DNA of 64,000 nucleotides, from NCBI RefSeq assembly GCF_964355755.1, contig NC_092670.1, positions 39,172,388 through 39,236,387 of the forward strand, read 5' to 3'. The notes below the pieces were generated by a model, which was given only the letters and a program-made list of their open reading frames with translations, made no database searches and was not told where the DNA came from. Every line of letters starts with the position of its first letter. Position 1 is the stretch's first letter. The DNA is from Antedon mediterranea. Taxonomy: Eukaryota; Animalia; Echinodermata. The translations under genes and the position numbers were made by a program. This document shows positions 33,937 through 45,245 of this stretch, one piece after another.

Positions 33937-35624
33937 TTTCAAAAGTTGTTAGATATACTAAGTAGTAACTGTAGATAAATGAAATAATTAGTAAATTGAG
34001 TATATTATGAACAAAAATACCTTTCAGTATAGAATTTCATCCACATTATGAAATTGGTAAATTCAAATATAGATATAAGTGGCATTGTTTGTTTACCTTT
34101 AGTCTGATGTAGAATATTGAACAGTACTTGCGACCAAGTAAATAGTAACTTTATGTATTGAAATAAGTGTATTCAGATAATGACTTAAACTGTATTTGTA
34201 ATAACTTAGTATAATCTCTGCAAACTGCTAAACTAAATGTGAATTTATGAAGACCTATGTGAGTTACTATAAGTGCAAGAAAAAAAAATCAGTAACAAGG
34301 ATTATAAGATTATATATAGATACATTTTAAAACACAGATGATTATTCTGGCAAATTAAAAACACTACTACTTACCATAATGTTGAACTATTATCAGTGGT
34401 ATGGTACTGTACATGTGACCTGCATCATGACCTGCTTCAGATTATGTAAATGAACTGGAAATGAATGAGAGTAAGATAAGCAATTAAATTATTGTGTAAG
34501 ACTGAGATTTTTTTCATTAAACACACCAAATAGAGTTTTAAAAGTTGTGAGTACTAAGTCGGAGTAAATGACTTGCATACCTTGATTATTTATAGTTTTA
34601 TTCCTAGTTTAATACATTTTATATTTTAATAATATTTCTTAATACCTTGATGTTATACATTCCTATTCGTAATGCATTATCATGTATTGTTTTATGTATT
34701 TTGTCCGTTGCCATTTTGGAATATACCTTAAACAGTTTAATTGTAGGCGTATTAGTATTGAATTAGTTATTTACTTATTTAATGTAAATGCGTTATACCA
34801 AAATCTTGTATTTAGACCAATTAGTCTGCTTTTAATTATTGTTTAATGTTTTTTAATCAACAAAAGTTTAGATGTCGTATTTTCTTCCAAATGTATAAAC
34901 ACAACAGGGTAATTCTTAATAGTACATGGTAATAGGATTCTTTCTATATTGCAGTATACATACATATACAGTATATATGCTTTTTTAAATATTAAGTTAT
35001 TTTACTTCAATACAGATTGTTTTAACTTACTTTTTTTAATAGTGTTCTCTTGCATTGGTTATAGTAGTATTCATCCGTCCAATTCCATATACGGTATATT
35101 TTCAGTGACGACACCACGATGAGTCACGCACGTGTAATAATTAGAAATTGAATTACGAGCTCGCAAAGGTAACAGTTGAATCTCGTATTCATTTTCAATC
35201 ATAGTTTAGTGTTTAGAGCAGTTTTATCGCACAATTCATTTGATTTAAAATTTTATTTATTTTTAATACTACGTTTTACTACAGTGGATTGAGTTTACAT
35301 TTATTCAGGGTAGCGTATAGTAAAGACCTTTGACCTTTGTGCTGATTTTTCACACTTGCTATTTCCCATGGTGCATTATTATCCGTCATCAATTTTCCTG
35401 AAAATATTTATTATTCAAATTGTATTTCTATGAATATTTACTATTTTAAAATATATTTTACACTATATACACACGTCTATTGATATTTCATTAATACATT
35501 GATTCACTTTCAAATGTTATGCTGTATTGTTTAATTTTATGTTGAACTGATTAGTTGATTGAATCAAATAAAAATATTGAAAGGACAATCAATTAAGAAA
35601 ACGAACTTTTATTATACATACACT

Positions 35625-36052
35625 TGAATGCAACGAAAGGACTTAAGCGCAACGCAAGTAATTTGACCAATCACAAGCGACGGATTATTCGTATCGTCAC
35701 TTATCATTGGTCAAATTACCTGGCGTTGCGTCCTAAAGCGTGGTTCCCACTAGCGACGCAACACAAGGACGTAACGCAACGCAAGTGAATTGACCAATCA
35801 CAAGCGATGGCTTATTCGCTTGTGATTGCTAACTGTCTATAACTTCGTTTGTCATTGGTTAAAACGTTTGCGTTGCGTTTACGTCCTTGCGTTACGTTCT
35901 AGTGGGAACCAAGCTATAAATGCAACGAAAGGACGTAAGCGCAACGCAAGTAATTTGACCAATCACAAGCGACGGATTATTCGAATCGTCACTTATCATT
36001 GGTCAAATTACCTGGCGTTGCGTTGCGTTGCGTCCTAATGGGAACCAAGCTT
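35625..36052. mobile_element. Cluster of MITE family B (TIR GCTTGGTTCCCACTAG; gcaacgcaag and ccaatcac motifs)
   Basis: A full copy at ~35738-35915 lies between two related partial copies. The same family occurs at ~53975, ~55410 and ~60649. Confidence 0.8.
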
Positions 36053-37558
36053 TAAACTAAACATTATTTAAAATATCAACTCTTTTGTATAGGTTTTTAT
36101 TATAAAAATAATGGCTATATTATACAGTATTACTATTCGTTATATCTGCTGCCGTTGTTACGCATAGTTATATACAGTGGCGTTATACACCTTCTGTAAA
36201 GTAAGTAAAAGTTTGGGTTCATGCGTTTATCAGAAGTACATGTATTACGAAAATGTGAAAATACGGTCTATAAATTGCTGCTAATAATAGTTTATAACCC
36301 CATGAGTTATTACGTGTATTTGAACAAACATAATGAGTATGTCCCTGTAATCTCCAATAACTTCATGGTTTTGTTCATAAAATCGATGAATCGATATCTG
36401 TCAGAACTAAAGAGCCTAAAGTGGTAAATGAGATGAGGTGCTAGTTTTTACTTTGGGTATTTTAACACAACTTACGTAACTGGCATTCAGGGTGTAGATT
36501 TATATTTAATATAAAATACTGCACTATTTATAGGCCTAGTACTTTTTACTTAATTTATTTATTTATTGTTTAATTAAAAAACATAAAAGCGCACCGCGGT
36601 TAGGCCTTATTTAAATAGCATGCTGCTTTCAGCAACTACATTAAAATTAAACATTAAAATAAGCTAAATATCGTTATTTATTGTGTTAATTTGTCAGCAA
36701 CACCATAGATAGACGCGCGCGTGTACATGCTGATAATCGTATCAATTTGTCCACGTACGCGTCACGTTTTAGTATATTTCCTTCCCAGATCATACACCAG
36801 TTAATATAGTTATTATAAATTTGATAATTATTTCTTATGATAATTCGTCAGTAACACTATTATCTAGACGCGCGTATATCATGTTGATATTTATTGATCT
36901 CAGATGAACTAATAATTATACTTTAACCAATCGTGTTGTTTTATTAAGTAACCATTGTTTGTTATATTTTAGTTGTCAAATCGTCCACCTTATCATCGGG
37001 ATTATAAGTGTCCAAGGCAGTATGCTTTGAAGCAGATAATTTCTATAAAAAAAAATTACAATTCAAAATTATTACATTTTAGGCCTACTAAATATTCAAG
37101 AAAAAAGGTGATAATTTATTTAATTTTTAAATTTTATTATTAGCCGATTATTATGCTGAACAACTTATTTTATTTTACGTTATTAGTTTTTGGTTTATTA
37201 AGTGATCGCTGGTTTTCATAGTGGCGATAACATTTTAGCTTAAAAAGTTGCAAACATTTATTTTATTAGAGAAACACGGTTCGTCAAATACGGTTTTATT
37301 TATAGGCGTACATTCATTTAAAGGAAGTTATAGCGACTTTTCTATTTTGACTTGGTTTACTACAGCAGTGTCATAATCATGACTAAATGCTATAATTTGT
37401 TTTATTTATTATTTTATTTAACCTCTTTATAGAGGATTACACAATCCGGTAAAAGAAAACCTGTTTTGTATTGTGGTCCTGTCTTAAATACAAACAAATC
37501 AGGTGAAAATGTTTAGCTTTGTTAAAAAAATGAGATCGATATAATAATATATACATAC

Positions 37559-40500
37559 CCGCTTTAAAGACACCAATGTGACGAAGAAAAAACAAAAGGC
37601 TAATATATAGAGGCCAACTTGAAGGCCAAAGTAACGCACGCGGTATACATCAGTGTCGTAAATCAGACAAGCACCCTCTTGCCCACATGCACTTGATCGC
37701 AGAATACACGTAGATTGGATAATTGCGCCGAAGTAAATTGGTGCAGGTATTAAAGCTGAAACCCAAAATAATAATAGTAATATATCACCATAATATTAAA
37801 ATAGTGTTAGTCATCTGATAACATTTTTTACCACACCGTTTATTTTTCATAGCTTTTTAAAATGCCTCTCTATTTACAAAATTTGTGTACAAAAGAATAG
37901 AGATTTTACTGTGTAATTTGAACTATCCCACCACTGATAAGAAAGTGCTTATTTTCAACAAGCTCGTGTAACACAAATACAATCCCAAAAATTATGAAAC
38001 ATAGGGGAAACTATAGATCGATAATTATTGGAATGTATGATCAATAGAAATTTTTTGCCCGCACCTGGCCTTTAAAGAGTTATCTTTTTATTATTCATAA
38101 AACAACAGATGAAAATAATGGCTTTAAAAAATAAGTATATTATTTTTGGATATTCATTCCTCCTGAATCTATAAATTGGTTACAGAGGGGTGCACCCATT
38201 GCCCCATCTAAAGCCTTGTCTAGACTATCAAACTTTTAGTGTAAAAAAAATGTGATGTGTCCATGGATATGATGATGTCATATCACTACCATATTTGAGC
38301 ATATCACCACCACAGGTTTTTTTGTCAAATTAGTTTGATAGTGTAGACAGAGTTTTACATGCAAGTGTGACATTGAACTAACCGAGTACTCGATACGATA
38401 GTCCAAAACATCCCATTCCAAGCGCTCTGTCGTTCAAATCAACACATCTGAAATAATAACGTTTTTGCATGACACTAAAGAGAAACTACCTAGGCCTATA
38501 CACAAACGTTTTTGGAATTATGCACTCACTTTAATTTATATATTAATGGTGTCGCAAATAGCACAGCAGTCACTTTGCTGTGCACGAACGGTAGGAAACC
38601 CCCATATTCAGGGGACACACAGATCATCAAAAGAAAACATACTCATATTGTATATTTTCCGTTCAGAAACGGCTCTAATTTAAAGTAGAGTCTGGCGGTG
38701 AAAGGTGATTGTGTACCCTGCCTACTCTCAAGCATGGTATCGTACCTAATTACAAGCATGGTAACAGGATTCCACATGATTGAAGTCAAGAAACTTCCAA
38801 AAATTGTGACTGCCATCATCAATACCAATTTGTCGCAGTTTCTGTGGCATGCACCTTCTGTCGCCATGTTCTCTGACGTCACCGTATTGTTTGTCGAAAA
38901 ACAGTTGCAAAATCCAACAATATCCTAAAATAATAATGTTAATAATAAATGTATAATACAGTACCCAGTGAGAAAAGCCGAAACGATGCACTCACTTATA
39001 CAACACGCGTGCGTAAAGCCTGGTTTCCTTAAAATCGCTACACGACAGAGCGTAGCGATGCTATGGAAACGCTAGAATTTATCGGGGATCTAGTACGCGC
39101 GAGCGCAAAATATTCTTTGGTACGCGTATACGATTCATCGCCGACAAAATCGGCAAAGTTGAAAATGGTTGAACTTTGCCGATTTGACTGCGATGAATCG
39201 GGGAGCCTTCCCGATTGCGTCGGCGACATCTGCGCGTGTAGCGATTTTAATGGAAACGCTGTAGCGATTTTAATGGAAACCAGGCTTAAGCGCCATTTAC
39301 ACTAGATACGATAACGACACGACAACGACACGACAACGACACGATAAATTGGGTTACGTGTTGTAGAATATAAACGTTTACATTAGAACCGTCTCCGACA
39401 ACCGTGTCGTGTACGGGAAAAAATCGGTCGTACTGAATGGGTTTACAACCCATTTTTCACGACACGACACACGACACGATTTTATAATAGCCAATCAGGA
39501 TGCACCTGTAATGTCAAAGTTCAAAATAACAGCGCGCAAAAATCAAAACCACAGACGACGTCACTTGGTTTGTGCACCGCGACGTTTAAAAATGGTACGT
39601 AAATTGAGCTACAAATTTAATAGAATACACAGTTTATTAACCTTAATTGAACCAATACCTTACGTGCTATCATCTTATGAAAAAGTCATAGGTTTAGATA
39701 CGCTATTTATAAAAGCCTGACCTAGCTAGGCTAGATAGAAAGGAGTAGGCTAGCCAAGGCCCAGCTAGGCCCTAGGCCTACCTAGACTAGGCCTAGTGTT
39801 GTAAAACGGCCGAGAGTGCGAAGCTACTACAATTATTACACAAGGCGTCCTAGCTTACCTTTTAGGCGGGACTGGTCTCTTGCCCCCTGGTGGCCCAGAT
39901 GAAGTGTGATGCGCTTCGTTTTTTTTATTAGGGCTTGTCGAAATATACACAAATATAAAAGAGACTGACAATAAAACAAACGACTAACCGATATATTTGT
40001 GTCTTCATCGTCATTCAAGTTTTCCGACATTACACAGCCAGCATGACAGGCCGAGATATAAGTGATTCCGTCTGGTGAACAGATCGGTTGGTAAAGATCA
40101 CTCGGACATGCGCAGTCTACGTTGCATACTTCATCAGGTAAGGTCGAATTGATACTTACAAAATGATACATTTTTTAAATATGTAAAATGATTTAAACTG
40201 ATTCGGTTGTCTATTGACATTTAAAGAGGAGATTCTACATTTAGAATTTCACACTACATAGGCCTACTGCTTATTGTGACTGCTTATTGTGACTGCTTAT
40301 TGTGACTGCTTATTGTGACTGCTTATTGTGTCTGCTTATTGTGTCTGCTTATTGTGACTGCTTATTGTGACTGCTTATTGTGACTGCTTATTGTGACTGC
40401 TTATTGTCACTGCTTATTGTGACTGCTTACTGTGACTGCTTACTGTGACGTGCTTTTTGTAATTGTAGAAGGAATAGGCCTTCGATACTGCTTAGAGACA

Positions 40501-43170
40501 GAATACATAAGCAGTCACAATAAGCAGTCACAATAAGCAAATAGGCTACGAGCACAATGACTGAAAATAATGTTTTTAACAGGACTTGAAACTTACCTGT
40601 GTGTATTGTAACTGGTTGTAAAACCAGCAATGTCTCTTTGAGGGCATTTTATAAACATGGTACAGACTGTTATCAAAATAGAAGAGAAGCTGAGAAGAAG
40701 CAACAAGCGGCACAATCCATTCATTCTCAATTGCAGGCATGATGTGAGCACTCCTCCTACGATGATTCCAAGCAAAGTACCAGGCAGCATTACCACACCT
40801 TTAGTAAATAAATCAACATATACCCATTGAACTAATAAAGTACTGGCTGCTGGCTGTCTTGAGTTACATACGTTTAGGCAAAACAACTTTCTCTTCATTT
40901 TTATTTGTCTGAACTCTAATATTATCCATCAAGAATTGTTTTTAATTAGGTCTACATAAAAAAATGTTTGTTTAAACACTTCTTTCAAATTGAAACTGCA
41001 AATAAATGTTTAAGATGTAAGCCTACTTTACTGAAACAGACGTTTACCTGTAAAAAATGCAGCGTTCGCTGGATCTTGGTCGAACTGTGTTTCCAGATAT
41101 TTAGCAAAAAAGAACAAAATACCAGTACCTGACGAGGCTGCAGCACAGCAACCAAGAATGAGCGGAACGAAAATGACATTGGTTGCAATCCTCTTCAATG
41201 AGATTAAAAATCCTTAAAATATAATATTACATTAGAAGTTGGATCGTAACTGTATGCTGCTGGATATTCAGACTACCATTGTATCAATAGGAAGTTTCAT
41301 AGTGTTTTTTTTTTGTTTTTTTTGTTTTTTTATGTCTTTAGGCAATGTGGCCAAGGATTACCAATAGTCAATTAATCACTGTCCTATCAGATAGGTGGTA
41401 ATCCCCCTGATACATGGGCTATTGTGTGAACCAGTTCACCGGGGTAACCCCCTACTCTTTTTCGAATAATGAACTGGGTTCTTTAAAGTACACACAGGTT
41501 ATAACTGTGTACACTGGACCTACGGTTTATAGTCCTTATCCGAGAAGACTTCTTTCAATTCCAGCGGTGGAAAGAAAAGTAAAAAAAATCAAATACCTGG
41601 CACAACTATGTTGTGCGGCTTAAAAAATCTAATTCGGTGGTATCTTTAGCTGCTAAAAAATAGTTGAGGTTGTATAGATGTGTTTTAGAATATTATATTA
41701 ATTTATATTAATTAAAGGCATCTTCTCTTAAGACTTTTTTTTTTATTATAATGCATTATTGCTTGCTTCAAAACAGAACAAGTCTAAAGATCTGTCTACA
41801 CTATCAAACTTTATGTGAAAACAAAGGTGATGTGCCCATATTATATGGACATGATGATGTCATAATACTCTACTATATTTAGGCATACAGTATCATATTT
41901 GGGTATATCACATTTTTTTTGTCAAACTAGTTTGATAGTGTTGTAGACAAAGTCTTACCTTTTATCAATGAAAGTAGTCCTTTATCGTCTGCTTGAAGCG
42001 ACCTGTACGTAGCCACCATGTCAAACTCATCTTCTGCTTGTTGTCTTCTAAATCGTGACATACACGAACTTTCCCAAACAATTGGTTTACGCGGGAAGAA
42101 TGAAATTGGTATACTGAAGACGATAGTTAGAATACCAAGTATAACAAATCCTAGCCACCAAGCACCGATCGAACCAGTTCCGTCTGCCTGAACACTTGTG
42201 TCATTATGTTTGTAGAAATCTGTACGGTATGCTAAAACATTTGAACTGATGCTAAAACCAGCAAATGGCCCAGCAGATACGATGACGTATAATAGCGCTG
42301 TCAAAAAATATAATTAGAAACTTACAATTATAAATAGCGTTTTTCAAATTGTTAAAGTTATTATTCATTCACCTGGCGGGAAATGGTTATATCCAGGAAA
42401 GTACTACCTTCAACTGGAATAACATTTTTAAATGTTTGCAAGTAGACCTAAAAGATTACATCTATTAAACACACCAACATGTCCGTCGTGACGCACTAAA
42501 TGAAAATTTCGTGACGATACCACTGAAATTATGTAAACTTACCAATATACAAACCAGTTGTTGAACTATCTGTAGTTGAATCGTCCAAGTATAGAATGCT
42601 AAGGGGATAGATGGCTGCTGTACCAAACCCGAGTATTACTTGACCAACAGCAATTGGCCAAATGTCTATAAGTTGGCCATATTTAACGTCTTCCGTCTCC
42701 TCTTCTGTACAGACATGCTCCTTGTTCGATGATGAACACATAAGCGTGCTTTCGGTGTTGTTTGCAGCATAACTTCCATAACCACCTGTCGGTTGATACG
42801 GCTCGAACAGCACGTGCGGTAGCGCAGTCAAAAGTAAACCGATTCCAAATAGTATTCCGCTAGCACCTATAATGCGTGGTATATGCAATTTGGCGCCAAA
42901 GTAGCAGACGAAAACCAAAACTGAAAGGGCGGAAATCTCACTAATTGTAGAAAGTGTGCCAACTGTAGTGCTTGATATTTGAAAACGTCGTTCAATTGTC
43001 GTTAGAACGCCGCCAAAATAACCGTACATAGCAGTTGCTTCGAAAAAGGTTATGATGCTAAACAAAGCCAGGAAAACAAGTGGATTGAAAAAGTGACTTC
43101 TTTTAGTAATTGGTGAATGGTATTCGCCATCACACGAATTTGCCTTTTGATATTCAGCTGTTTTTGTCAT
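37559..43170 (-). CDS. Solute carrier organic anion transporter (OATP/SLCO), paralog A; terminal exon not located
   Basis: Exons at ~43170-42543, 42297-41959, ~41212-41048, ~40799-40597, a Kazal exon ~40155-39990, ~38924-38745, 38447-38383 and ~37756-37559. Motifs include TTIERRFQISS, HIPRIIG, IGAWWLGF, CACPSDLYQPICSPDGITYISACHAGC and IPAPIYFGAII. Confidence 0.9.
38211..38354. mobile_element. MITE family A copy in SLCO-A intron
   Basis: agccttgtctagactatcaaac ... gtttgatagtgtagacagag. Confidence 0.75.
39017..39288. mobile_element. Palindromic MITE (TIR AGCCTGGTTTCC.TTAAAATCGCTAC) with TAA flanks
   Basis: taa|agcctggtttccttaaaatcgctac ... gtagcgattttaatggaaaccaggct|taa. A second repeat-like element follows at ~39290-39600. 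Confidence 0.75.
39880..39896 (-). promoter_or_regulatory. Canonical CTCF-binding motif
   Basis: The minus strand reads gggCCACCAGGGGGCAa, a close match to the CTCF core, in an AT-rich background. Confidence 0.55.
40266..40450. repeat. 13-bp minisatellite (actgcttattgtg), about 14 copies, with inverted copies at ~40507-40540
   Basis: Direct reading. Confidence 0.9.
41305..41552 (-). mobile_element. 5'-truncated Deu-SINE (tail type 2, poly(A))
   Basis: Near-identical reverse complement of ~60834-61071, with a poly(T) run on + at ~41305-41332. Confidence 0.85.
41788..41955. mobile_element. MITE family A copy abutting SLCO-A exon-2 donor
   Basis: agatctgtctacactatcaaac ... gtttgatagtgttgtagacaaagtct|tac. 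Confidence 0.8.
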
Positions 43171-44659
43171 TTCTAAACAAAAAATATATATCTAATTTGT
43201 ATTTTTGTCTCGCACAATAGTTTAACAAAGGCCTATTACTGCTACGGTGTCTACAGTCTATACCACAACGGTTGTAAAACCCCACTTTACATTAAACTAA
43301 TCATCATGCCTATTGCATTCCAATAACCAGGGAAGACTGAAATTACAACTTAATTCCACTCTTCTCTGCAATAACTAATCATTAATTTGCAAATTAAAAT
43401 ATGATTTTCATTCGTAACTGACATTTGAGATACGGTACGCCACTACAATTCAATCTTGATTGAAAATACTACGCCACCATACAAAACCTTACTATAAGCA
43501 TCAATGTATTATATCTGAGATTGTAATCTCGTATGCATTGTATAACACAATCCACCAAACTATAGTACCAAATACCAGCTACCGGCTTTGTGTCTAGAAT
43601 CACTATGCCCTTAGAACTTAGATTTTTTATCCTACTGCTATACTAATAATCAGCGCAAATACTTACTGAAACTATGTTTTGGAGCAAATACTTACTGCAA
43701 TGTGTTTGGAACAGATAGTTTGAGTGTTCTTCGGTCTTGCGACAGCAGTATGGTGTGTTCATTCAACTGATTATACCTGTAAAACTTGCGATCTTTTGAA
43801 CACGTATTTGACAGCTATTGTCTGCTTTATTTACTTACACTATAGGATATAATATTCTTCGGATGAACAACCAACAATATAAGATTTATGGCTTTAAAAT
43901 TACAACTAGTTGAATGGATTCGTACAATTGTTAATTCGAGTTTAAGTTCAATCTCCTAGAGTGATCTAAATACCATGGCTCGTCATACATTATACAGTAT
44001 ACAGTGTGGTAAATGTTATTGTTATTATTTACATTGGTAATATTATATTGCATAGAATTTTAAAATATCAATACAAAAGTAAAAATGTAACTTTATCAGT
44101 AAAACTGTTACAGTAGTTAAATTCTATAGACACAGTGTATTAACTTGACAAAGGTAGAGATATAAAGGAAGACTTGTTGAATAAAGTATAGCTATTAACT
44201 AATCCTATATTATTCAAAATTGTTATTCAACCTTCGCCCGACAATTTACAGCAACTAACACTCTGTGGTGACAGCCGAAACTTTATGTTATTGAAATGTC
44301 TACGATCTAACTTAGATCGTTAACATGCTTTGAGTCACTCATAATTCAGTTAAATTTGGTTTATTTTACACGTAAACACAGTGGAGGATGAACATAGTGA
44401 GATAATGCTAAGCAGATACGGTGTAACGCAGAGACACGAGGCCACTGGTTTAGGGAGAGCTAAGTGACCAACGCTGGAGAAGGTCTTTTTCGGCATATTG
44501 CAATGCCTTACTATTCCTCCAGGCTCTGCTCTAACCAGTGAGCGGTCATGTTCCGGCCGTTACACAGATGAACAAATACCATGTCTAACAATATTATATA
44601 AATTTACAGGCATTAATATATAGGAACAATACATTAATAGGCCTACATTGAATTTCAAA

Positions 44660-44731
44660 CGGTCAGATAAGGATTCGAACCCGGAATCGTCTGCTTATAT
44701 GCAGACATCCTACCATTAGACCACTGAGGCT
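44660..44731 (-). pseudogene. tRNA-like sequence (TAT anticodon position); tRNA pseudogene or SINE head
   Basis: Minus strand: agcctcagtggtctaatggtaggatgtctgcatataagcagacgattccgggttcgaatcc. It has A and B boxes and an anticodon hairpin, but poorly paired acceptor and T stems. Confidence 0.55.
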
Positions 44732-45245
44732 TTCATTGTATGGGTCAGATTTTCTCGAGTATACGCACGCACTATTATAAGGCATGAGAGATAGGGAATT
44801 CTTATAATGGGAGAAATTTTGATTCAGTAAAAAGAAAAGGTACTCAATTAAAGTGGTTACTTAGGACACAGAAATAAGTTCAAATAAAATCTTAAAATAG
44901 ATAGGATGATTTGACAGAAAAATAAAGTTTGTAAGGTTCACACACTAAAACTTTAAAAGTGAAAAGTAAAAGCATAATAGGCCTACGAGAAACAAGACGA
45001 AAATTGTATGTTGGAAAAAATTCATCTGGTTTTACGATAGGTATAACAAAGATATCGTTTTGTAAAAGAAACAATGAAACGGCAGGTGAGACTGAAACCT
45101 GTCAGGTTTCGAAACTTTCTGTAAGTTCGCTTATAATTGTTTGGTTTGTACAAAGAGAAAGCTTTGTTATAAAAACTGTATGTACTTTTGATTGACTGTC
45201 ATTGATCACATAGGGTTACTCGGCAGCCACTCGACTCACTATGAA

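Noticed and set aside
23247-33942. Multiple short antisense ORFs within the spectrin CDS
   Set aside because: Expected shadow ORFs of a long coding region, with no recognisable motifs.
36290-36400. Candidate terminal exon of SLCO paralog A
   Set aside because: An AG and a short open frame exist, but there is no homology support, so it was left unannotated.
44660-44731. Functional tRNA-Ile(TAT) gene
   Set aside because: Acceptor and T stems pair poorly, and it lacks the intron usual for eukaryotic Ile-TAT genes. Better treated as a pseudogene or SINE head.
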